The notes beneath the pieces are model-generated. The model worked only from the letters and a program-made list of their open reading frames with translations, ran no database searches and was not told the DNA's origin. From contig CAWBZI010000004.1 of NCBI GenBank assembly GCA_963793265.1, positions 576,001 to 640,000 on the forward strand: a stretch of 64,000 nucleotides of DNA, written 5' to 3'. The translations under genes and the position numbers were made by a program. Each line of letters begins with the position of its first letter. Position 1 is the first letter of the stretch. Below are positions 41,740-52,163 of this stretch, one piece after another. The stretch is from an uncultured cyanobacterium. GTDB lineage: Bacteria; Cyanobacteriota; Cyanobacteriia; Phormidesmidales; Phormidesmidaceae.

Positions 41740-43275
41740 TCAAGCCGCCTGCCAAGTTCCATGAAATCCCAACGGAATTATCCCCGGCAGCGCCAACTGG
41801 CAAACGGGCTCACCCATAGTCTGCGCATCTATAATCCACAGCTCGCTCCTTTCGTCGGCAGCATTATAGACAACATCTAATAGCCACCCCTTTTCGGACT
41901 CAAATCGATCGGCCATATAGATCGGCTCAGTGCCATAGCGGTCTTCGCCCAAATCAGTTTGCAATAACTCACCAGAAGCATAGTCAAACCGACCAATCGC
42001 CCCAAACCAGTCTTGCCCCGTCACCACACCATCTCGATGCATCAGCACATACGTATGCTGCCACGGCTGCCCCGTTTGCCGCTCCGGCACCTGCGGAAAC
42101 TCACAGTCTCTATCTAGCACGCACTCATTACTAAGCACCTGCCCGGTTTTAGGATCTAGCCTGAGCTGCCACAGCCGCCCGTAGGCCGTTGTTTTCATCC
42201 GTCCACTTGGCACTTCTCTAAGCACTTCATTAATGTGCTCAAAGTCGTCAAACCTGGCAAAATCCAGCCTTACACTGCCATCAGCATCTACACAGCCGTT
42301 GCCGTAGTGCCACTGGAACCAGGCATCTGTTTGGCTTTCAGAAACAATCTCTAAGCTTTCACGATCGACTACGATTATTCGCGTACCGCGATCGCCCTTC
42401 CACTCAATAGAATCCGAATAGCTCTTGCGATTAAACAACAGCGGCAACAAGTCCACTTTCACAGGTGAAATTAGAAACACCAGATACGGCCCCGCCATCA
42501 CAAAGCTATGCACCAGAGGCACATCTTTAAGAGGAATGACTGCTTTTTTAATCAGGTTGCAGCTCGCATCACAGCGATAGATAGCCAAGTCACACTTTGG
42601 ATCTACGCCAATGCTATAAATCTCACCGCTGAGCGGATCGCGTAATGGGTGCGCTGAAAAGGGCTGCGATGGTTCAAGCCAGCCTAAAGTCTCTGTACCT
42701 CGCCCTGTTTCTTGTCCCAGAGTCTCTAAAGTTTCTAAATCCAAACTATGAGGGTTTCCAGCTTCCCACAGCGCCAGCAGCTTATCAGGCAAAGCCAGCA
42801 CAGACGTATTTGCCGAGTTTTTAATACTCGTGCCCTTGATCAATCCTGCAATATGCTCCCATATCGGGCCGGGATAGCGCATTCCGTAGTTGGCATACAA
42901 AAAGCTATCGGCTTCACTCTCCGCCTTATACCCTTGAGTTTGCACATAGCGATAGGTTCCGGTCGCCCCTTCATCGCTCAGTCCCACTCGCAAAATCGCG
43001 CCATCGCCATCAAACCAATGCCCTACCGGCTCGTCGCCTCGCTGCAATCGTCCCGTGCCGTTTTGATAGAACGTACCACGCAAGCCTTTAGGGATTTGGC
43101 CTGCGATCGCCTGCAAAGGCGTTGTTGAAAATTCAAAGGCAGGCTGAGCCAGCGTTTTGTGCCAAGGCTGAGGCTCATTTTTTAGAGGCTCTTTAAAGGG
43201 CTGAGACAACTGAGGGCGATCGCTGACCGTCATAGACATACCAAAAACATCTGCACTCTTTAAAGTAGCAGACAT
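41740..43275 (-). CDS. Carotenoid oxygenase (RPE65 superfamily)
   Basis: HWFDGDG, FSAHP, VHSF, EFP, GFHGTW iron-ligand motifs. Confidence 0.92.
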   Translation of the reverse strand: MSATLKSADVFGMSMTVSDRPQLSQPFKEPLKNEPQPWHKTLAQPAFEFSTTPLQAIAGQIPKGLRGTFYQNGTGRLQRGDEPVGHWFDGDGAILRVGLSDEGATGTYRYVQTQGYKAESEADSFLYANYGMRYPGPIWEHIAGLIKGTSIKNSANTSVLALPDKLLALWEAGNPHSLDLETLETLGQETGRGTETLGWLEPSQPFSAHPLRDPLSGEIYSIGVDPKCDLAIYRCDASCNLIKKAVIPLKDVPLVHSFVMAGPYLVFLISPVKVDLLPLLFNRKSYSDSIEWKGDRGTRIIVVDRESLEIVSESQTDAWFQWHYGNGCVDADGSVRLDFARFDDFEHINEVLREVPSGRMKTTAYGRLWQLRLDPKTGQVLSNECVLDRDCEFPQVPERQTGQPWQHTYVLMHRDGVVTGQDWFGAIGRFDYASGELLQTDLGEDRYGTEPIYMADRFESEKGWLLDVVYNAADERSELWIIDAQTMGEPVCQLALPGIIPLGFHGTWQAA

Positions 43276-43287
43276 CTTCTAAGCGCT

Positions 43288-44736
43288 TTATTTTGTAGGT
43301 AGCGTCAGCGTAAAAGCAGTCTGACCTTTAGGCGTAGTGTCCAGGCTCAGATTGCCTTTATGAGCGCGAGCAATCTCTCTCGACAAACTCAAGCCTAAGC
43401 CAAAGCCCTCTCGCTTACGGTTACGAGAAAGATCGCCTCGATAAAAGCGGTCGAATAGGCGATCGCTCTCCTCCTTTGGAATATCTTGCGAGGCATTAGT
43501 CACACTCACCTGCACACTACTCTTCTGCCGCCGCCCCACAATAGAGAGCCATCGATTCGGTGAACCTTCAGGCAAGTTGTACTTAATGGCATTGTCAATC
43601 AGGTTCTGCAACACCTGGGTAAGTAGGTCGCGATCGCCCCTCACTTGTAAATCGTTCTCCAACTCAACCATCACCGGCAAATCAGGTGCTAACAGCTCAA
43701 TATCTTCAACCAGCACTTCTAAAATCTCACCCAAATCCACCTTGGCCTGCCGTAAGCTCATCTGCCCCGCATCTGCTAGCGAGAGCAGCAGCAGCTTTCT
43801 CACAATCGTACTCAGTCGAGAAACCTCATCCATCAGTTGACTCAAGCTTTGTTGCAGATCAGACCCCGGCTCCGCCTGCTGCATCACCATCTCTAGCTCA
43901 CCGCGCAAAATCGCCAGCGGCGTCTTCAGCTCATGCGCCGCATCTCCGCTAAAGCGAGAAGACTGCTTAAAGCTGCGCTCCAACCGCGTCAGCATCTCAT
44001 TAAACACTTCAATCAGCTCAACAAATTCTTCATCAGCACTCCCTACCGGAACCTGTTGATCTAGCCCGGTTGCCGTCACCTGTTTAATCACATTCGTCAG
44101 CTTGCGAACAGGCTTTAGGGCACTGCCAGAGAGCACCCAGGCTCCGGCTGCAACCGCCAGCAGCGTACTGGGAATCGCCACCAAAAAGATATTGCGAATA
44201 ACGGCCATGTCTTCATCTATGGTTTGTAAGCTGACCGCGATCGCCCCTCTTCCCACCGCAGAACTCACACTTCCAATCCGCCAGCTTCCATTCGGCGTAT
44301 GCTGCGTAAACGCTGGCTCTACAACAGTCTCGACAACTGACGAATCCTCTGTTTCATCTTCAGCCGCTGCCTCATCGCTCTGTGCCGCTTCATCCGCCGT
44401 AGAAAGAAGCTGTCCAATATCTAAAGAGACGCTGCCTAGTTGCGCTTCACTCACCGAGTAATGAAGCGTTCGCCCCTGCTCATCTACAGCAAGAATTGTA
44501 ATTGGCCTATTCTGCGCTTCTAGCGTCTTCGGCAGCTCCTGCCCAAAGTTCTCCCACCATTCCGCCTCTCTGACAAACGCCATCTGCCGAAGCTGGCCAT
44601 ACAGCTTAGTATCCAAGCTCGTCAGCTTTGCCACATATATCAGCCGCCAGGCCACCAGCCCAAACCCCACCAGCGCCCCACCCGATAAGGCCACCAGCAA
44701 CAGCGCAATCCGTAATCGAAAAGATCCTAGCTTCAC
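43288..44736 (-). CDS. HAMP-domain sensor histidine kinase
   Basis: Two TM segments, AAHELKTPL, NLIDNAIKY, FDRFYRGD, GLGLS. Confidence 0.95.
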   Translation of the reverse strand: MKLGSFRLRIALLLVALSGGALVGFGLVAWRLIYVAKLTSLDTKLYGQLRQMAFVREAEWWENFGQELPKTLEAQNRPITILAVDEQGRTLHYSVSEAQLGSVSLDIGQLLSTADEAAQSDEAAAEDETEDSSVVETVVEPAFTQHTPNGSWRIGSVSSAVGRGAIAVSLQTIDEDMAVIRNIFLVAIPSTLLAVAAGAWVLSGSALKPVRKLTNVIKQVTATGLDQQVPVGSADEEFVELIEVFNEMLTRLERSFKQSSRFSGDAAHELKTPLAILRGELEMVMQQAEPGSDLQQSLSQLMDEVSRLSTIVRKLLLLSLADAGQMSLRQAKVDLGEILEVLVEDIELLAPDLPVMVELENDLQVRGDRDLLTQVLQNLIDNAIKYNLPEGSPNRWLSIVGRRQKSSVQVSVTNASQDIPKEESDRLFDRFYRGDLSRNRKREGFGLGLSLSREIARAHKGNLSLDTTPKGQTAFTLTLPTK

Positions 44737-44750
44737 TTAATCACACAACA

Positions 44751-45104
44751 TCAGCGAGCCATAGCTGGATTGCTTAAGGGAACAAGGGCTCTGTGTAATA
44801 CGCTAGGTTTTGCGTTTAGATACACCTCACGGCAGTTGACGTCGTTGTAGCCGACCACAACGGCACCTACCCTTGTGCCAACTTCAGGATACATATCTTC
44901 ACTCATAACGCCCTCGTCTAAAAAATCAGGAATTTTGATTAATCCCTTCGCTGAGGGTTCGTCAATATTGATAAAGACGCCAAAAGGCGTATGAAATTCC
45001 GCTTCCCCCTGAACAAACTTACCAAGCGGATATCGGGCCTTTACGTCTTCCCAGTTTTTACAGTCACGCATGAGGATCACTGCTGTTTCAGAATTCGCGG
45101 ACAT
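44751..45104 (-). CDS. Small S1/OB-fold protein (candidate immunity protein); start uncertain
   Basis: PFGVFINI...GLI...YPEVG...AVV.G S1 pattern. Confidence 0.7.
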   Translation of the reverse strand: MSANSETAVILMRDCKNWEDVKARYPLGKFVQGEAEFHTPFGVFINIDEPSAKGLIKIPDFLDEGVMSEDMYPEVGTRVGAVVVGYNDVNCREVYLNAKPSVLHRALVPLSNPAMAR

Positions 45105-45421
45105 CGGTTGAGCATAGTGAATAAAGACTGTGGAACAACCAACTCGGTATGTTTGCTTTTGCCCTCTTCATCATATCGACTCTCAAGCGGTTTAAAGAAC
45201 TGGTCGTACATTGCTTTTTCAATAGAAACCTCTATGATTCCTTCTCTGTAGTTCCGGTTATATTCCACTGCAATACTTCTGTCATTTGGGCCAGCGAAAT
45301 AGCAACAGCCATCAAGATAAGGTGGCTCATAGGGAAAGTCGATAGGTTGAAATCCCTCTCTTAGAATCTTTTGTGCTTTTCCTTTTTAAGGTGCCTTATA
45401 AATTACAACAGCTTCAGGCAT
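45077..45421 (-). pseudogene. Putative ART-like toxin gene with TAA at codon 12
   Basis: MPEAVVIYKAP*KGKAQKILREGF...YFAG...EY...GIIEV...ELVVP, in one frame from the ATG at 45421. Confidence 0.55.
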
Positions 45422-45428
45422 CTTCTAC

Positions 45429-45616
45429 TCTGCCTGGCGGAAGCGATAGCCTACACCGCGTACGCTTTCAATCCAGCGGCTTTGGCCTTTAATGTCTATT
45501 TTTTTGCGAAGGCGCTGAATGCATACGTCTACTACGTTGGTGCTGGGGTTAAAGTCGTAGCCCCATACGTGCTCTAGCATCTGGGTGCGGGTGAATACTC
45601 TGCCGGGCGATCGCAT
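45429..45616 (-). repeat. 188-bp repeat, copy 2 (regulator 3' fragment)
   Basis: Reverse complement of 30893..31080. Confidence 0.95.
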
Positions 45617-45970
45617 ACATTAGTAAATGAGTATTAATCGCAATGGCTATACTCTTTTTTCGAAAATGCCTTCAGGCGCAAAAAGCGCTTAATATAGGGT
45701 TATTATACTAATGGAAACACTAAATCCTCGTAATTGGACAGGGTACATTGACGTTACTGCCAGCAATTTTCTTAGGAATATTATTTTGTATCTGGACGGA
45801 TCAAAACCTCTTCAATAGTTTTTTTATAAGAAATATATTCGGTTCTCAAGGTAGTTCCAATTCTCGAACAGAACCTATGAAGAAGAACAAATGCTATCAA
45901 ATCATCGAATGCGATAAGTGTAGTGAAAGAAAGAAAAGTTAGTACATGCCTACGGTACTCTACTTTGTAT

Positions 45971-46363
45971 CTATTTTCTCTCCATATCATAAGTTCTGGT
46001 TTCTCCTGGATCTTTTCTTAGGTCTAGAATACGATCCATAGACTTAAATTCTTCGTGGCTCAGAATTACTCGAATATCGTTTCTTTGTGGGACGTTGACC
46101 CTAACATAGCCATCAGTATTCGTTAATTTAGGTTCTGGGGCACCTTCAGAGATAAACCTAACTCTAACTCCTTCAATTGGGTTTCTTTCCGAATCTAGAA
46201 CTATAATTGGGACGCTTATATACGCACTTTCAAGATCTTCCTCACTTGAAGGATTCTGAAAGAGAATTTTATCGACGCTTACGACGCTTCCAGAGGCAAA
46301 AAGAAGCAGACCTACTAGGATCACAATCTGCTTCGGCTCTATTGAAAAGTTGCCTATATTCAT
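45971..46363 (-). CDS. AT-rich membrane-anchored protein with carboxypeptidase-regulatory-like (Ig) domain
   Basis: TM segment followed by VLDS..NPIEGV.V...TNTDGY. Confidence 0.6.
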   Translation of the reverse strand: MNIGNFSIEPKQIVILVGLLLFASGSVVSVDKILFQNPSSEEDLESAYISVPIIVLDSERNPIEGVRVRFISEGAPEPKLTNTDGYVRVNVPQRNDIRVILSHEEFKSMDRILDLRKDPGETRTYDMERK

Positions 46364-46450
46364 TATTTAAGGCTAATAGCTACATGGAGAGAATACCATA
46401 AACGTACTTATATCATGACAGTTTCGATGCTTTCAAGAAGCCTCCATCAC

Positions 46451-48796
<2,346 letters not shown>

Positions 48797-48939
48797 AGGA
48801 AAAGGCGGTAGGTGGGCTTGTGCATACAGCTTACGTTCTTCTCGTATCAAATAAACGCGATGCTTTATCGGTCGTTCCGGGCTCACTAAAAGGAGTTCTA
48901 CTGCCTAGTGCAGACCGTTTTCTCTTATGACCTATAGCC

Positions 48940-49671
48940 ATGACTTATAGCCTGAGAGTCGCCGATATGGCCGCAACCGAAAGGCCCCGCGAACGGCTAT
49001 TAACTCATGGTGCTAAGCACCTATCGGCAGCAGAGCTAATCGCAATTTTGCTCGCTACAGGCCAGGGCCCCGGCAAACTGTCGGCTGTCGGCTTGGGCCA
49101 GTACTTGCTACAGCACCTCAGTGATGAAAATACTGGCAGCGATGGATTATCTGCGCTTAGAGAAGTCACAGCGGACGAGCTAATTCAGGTTTCGGGGATT
49201 GGCCCGGCCAAAGCGGCCACCATTTTAGCGGCAATGGAGCTGGGCAAACGTGTGCTACAAAGTCAGCCAATTCAGCTTACTGTGGTAGACGATCCGGGTG
49301 TCGCTGCTGCTGCACTTGGTCACGAACTCATGTGGCAAAGCCAGGAACGCTTCGCCGTTTTACTGCTAGATATAAAACATCGTATTATCGGCTCAAAGGT
49401 GATTACCATTGGCACTGCTACCGAGACGCTGGCTCACCCAAGAGATATCTTTCGCGAAGTCATTAAGCGAGGAGCCACCCGCGTCATCGTTGCGCACAAC
49501 CATCCTTCCGGTAGCTTAGAACCCAGTCCCGAAGACATTGCCCTCACCCGCCAACTGCTCAAGGGCGCTCACTACCTAGGTATTCCACTACTCGATCATC
49601 TCATTCTGGGCAACGGAGACTGGTCGAGCATTCGTCAGCGCACTGATTTATGGAATGAGTCTATCGAGTAG
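48940..49671 (+). CDS. radC: RadC family JAB-domain protein
   Basis: ERPRERL, HhH GIGPAKA, HPRDIF, AHNHPSG, LLDHLI. Confidence 0.95.
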   Translation: MTYSLRVADMAATERPRERLLTHGAKHLSAAELIAILLATGQGPGKLSAVGLGQYLLQHLSDENTGSDGLSALREVTADELIQVSGIGPAKAATILAAMELGKRVLQSQPIQLTVVDDPGVAAAALGHELMWQSQERFAVLLLDIKHRIIGSKVITIGTATETLAHPRDIFREVIKRGATRVIVAHNHPSGSLEPSPEDIALTRQLLKGAHYLGIPLLDHLILGNGDWSSIRQRTDLWNESIE

Positions 49672-49754
49672 ATTAAACAGGTCTAACTACAATAGAGTCA
49701 AAGTAGTTAAACCTGTTCATGACAGCTACCACACAAGCTGGCAGCAAATTTTTG

Positions 49755-50501
49755 ATGATATTTATTGGTATTGATCTGGGTTGGCTGTCAGGGCCTAGCG
49801 GACTCTGTTGTTTGGAACTATCTGACGGTGCCCTCTTTTTGCGATCGCTAGATCGAGCAGCAACCTTAAGCGAAGTATTAGCCTGGATCGATAAAACCGT
49901 GCCTGTTTCTGAGTCTGCAATGGTGGCTGTAGATGCGCCACTGCTGATTCCTAATGAGACGGGAATGCGATCGCCCGACCGCCTGGCGCACAAATACTTT
50001 GGCAAATACCACGCAGGCTGCTACCCCGCCAACCAAAGCAGACCCTTTGCTACCGGGCTCATACAGTTTGGCAAAGACTTAGAGGAGAGAGGCTTTGCGC
50101 ATTCGCCCACTATCGAGCCTCGTAAGCCCAGTCGATACCAGATAGAAGTTTTTCCGCATCCGGCGATGATTCAGCTATTTGAGCTGTCTCGAATACTGAA
50201 GTACAAAAAAGGGCGGTTAGCTGAGCGCGGTCAGGGCTTGGGAGAGCTGAGAGGCCACATTTTAGAGGCGCTGCCGCAACATGAGCCGCCTTTGCTGATT
50301 ACAGAGCTGCCTGAAATTCCGACGACGGGTAAGGCGATGAAGGCGGTTGAAGATCAGCTTGATAGTATCGTGTGTGCGTATGTGGGCGCTTATTGGTGGT
50401 ATTGGGGGTGCGATCGCAACCAGGTTTTAGGCAGTCAAAACGAAGGCTACATTGTGGTGCCCTGTCCGCCTAGCGCGCCCGTAGCGCACTCAGACTTTTG
50501 A
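49755..50501 (+). CDS. DUF429 RNase H-like nuclease family protein
   Basis: IGIDLGW, VDAPL, EVFPHP, YKKG, ED.LD...CA. Confidence 0.85.
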   Translation: MIFIGIDLGWLSGPSGLCCLELSDGALFLRSLDRAATLSEVLAWIDKTVPVSESAMVAVDAPLLIPNETGMRSPDRLAHKYFGKYHAGCYPANQSRPFATGLIQFGKDLEERGFAHSPTIEPRKPSRYQIEVFPHPAMIQLFELSRILKYKKGRLAERGQGLGELRGHILEALPQHEPPLLITELPEIPTTGKAMKAVEDQLDSIVCAYVGAYWWYWGCDRNQVLGSQNEGYIVVPCPPSAPVAHSDF

Positions 50502-50544
50502 CAGTCACCCCGCTGCTATCAAACGTGATAGAGTTGTGCACTAA

Positions 50545-50616
50545 GGGCGATTAGCACAGTGGTAGCGCGCTTCCTTCACACGGAAGAGGTCACAGGTTCG
50601 AACCCCGTATCGCCCA
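50545..50616 (+). tRNA. tRNA-Val (anticodon CAC)
   Basis: GGGCGAT acceptor stem, CTTCC TTCACAC GGAAG anticodon arm, GGTTCGAACCC T-arm. Confidence 0.95.
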
Positions 50617-50635
50617 TAGGTTTTAAGCCAGTTGT

Positions 50636-51244
50636 TTAAGCATCCTGCGTGTCAGCGTCGTTTTTTCTTTTACGAATGGCCGCAACGCCCATGCCAAATA
50701 GCGCTGGGATAACTGCTGCGGGCGTCGGGACGGCCTGTGTGCCTTCTCGGTAGTAGACGCTGATGTGTGAAATATCTTTTGCTTTACCAAAGAAATCTTT
50801 CCACGGCTCGCTGTAGTTAAAGCTAGCTTGAGTGTCGTTACCTACTAAAAAGCCCGTCAGCGTAGTTCTGTTGCCACCTTTGAAAACCAGCATTAGCTCC
50901 GAAACACTATCAGAATTGAAATGAATGTCAGAGAGCGATAGGTGACCTGACTTACCGTAGCCGCCATTATCGAAATAGTCTGAGTTTCTCTTCCAGATAT
51001 CTCCAGGGCCAAAAAAGCTGAGGCCGCTGCCTTGAATGTCGTTGACATCTATAGCACGTCTGCCATTGCCCTGGTCGTTAAGCTGATTGGTGCGCGGGTT
51101 TACGTATTGGCAGGCGGTGGCGATAGAAATGTAGGTAGTGGAGCAAGATTCTAGGGTGACGGCGCTGGCGCTGGGTGCACTGATGGCGCTGCCGATAGCG
51201 AAAAGGGTGGTTGCGATCGCACCCGTTAAAAATTGAGCTTTCAT
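50636..51244 (-). CDS. PTPA-CTERM sorting-domain surface protein
   Basis: Signal peptide, ISHISVY, C-terminal VPTPA-TM-RKRK. Confidence 0.85.
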   Translation of the reverse strand: MKAQFLTGAIATTLFAIGSAISAPSASAVTLESCSTTYISIATACQYVNPRTNQLNDQGNGRRAIDVNDIQGSGLSFFGPGDIWKRNSDYFDNGGYGKSGHLSLSDIHFNSDSVSELMLVFKGGNRTTLTGFLVGNDTQASFNYSEPWKDFFGKAKDISHISVYYREGTQAVPTPAAVIPALFGMGVAAIRKRKNDADTQDA

Positions 51245-52163
51245 AGCGTTATCAAACGAAGGTGAATGTGAAAGGAAAAACTGCATGAAGCAGAGGCGTC
51301 TCTAAGTTGTTCTACTTATGTAACGAGCTTGATTTAATGTGCTAATTAAATATTTTCAAGCTAATTTATCCATAAATATACTGACGCTAGTGGTGATTCT
51401 ACTCAGATTGATTTTCACCGGCCAACCGTAGTTTCAAAAGGTTTAGCGGAGCTTTACAGTCTTTGTCATAGGAGATATCCAATTTTCGCAATTAGAGTAT
51501 AAATACGTCCTGACATCGCATCAGATCATTGTTGTAGAGGTCAAGGTGATCTGCGTGACTTTCCTTTGCTGTGGTTAATAGTTGTTTAACTTTGTTTTTT
51601 GAGATGTGATTATTGCTGATACCTGTTGCTCAGCGGTTTATACACCTGATATTTCGATAAATATGAGAGATTGCGCATTTGTACGGATGACGATAGTTAA
51701 GCGTATCTTTTCTCACGTGTAGAGAGCAAATTTTTGAGAAAAACAGGCTTTAAGCTCAAATTTTGAGAGATTTAGAGAGAGAAAATAACCTATAGCCTAA
51801 TAGATTCGGGAAACTGCTCTATGATGCTCTCTTTTACTTCTGATTTCTATAGAAAATTTAATAGTTGATTTGTCCGTAATCATGGATTATCAGGTAGTAT
51901 CTGTCTTTAGATTAGAACATTTACTACTGTTGCTTGTGGGTATTGGTCGCCGACAAGAAGATTTTGTACGATCGCATATCTGCGAGCTTTGCATCTAAAC
52001 TGCTGCAAAGCTTTCTGCATCAAGCTTTGTACTTAAAACGGCTGTAATTACTAGCGATCGCTCTACAAAGCGCCTAACCGTCGGCGTTAAAACACTTTGC
52101 AATGCATTGGGCACCAGCCCTTTGTTCCTTTTTGCTGTCAATAATTTTTACTTTGTAACTACC

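Noticed and set aside
45617..45990. Short ORFs of 64-69 aa in the AT-rich insert
   Set aside because: No recognisable motif or RBS; cannot be told from decayed sequence
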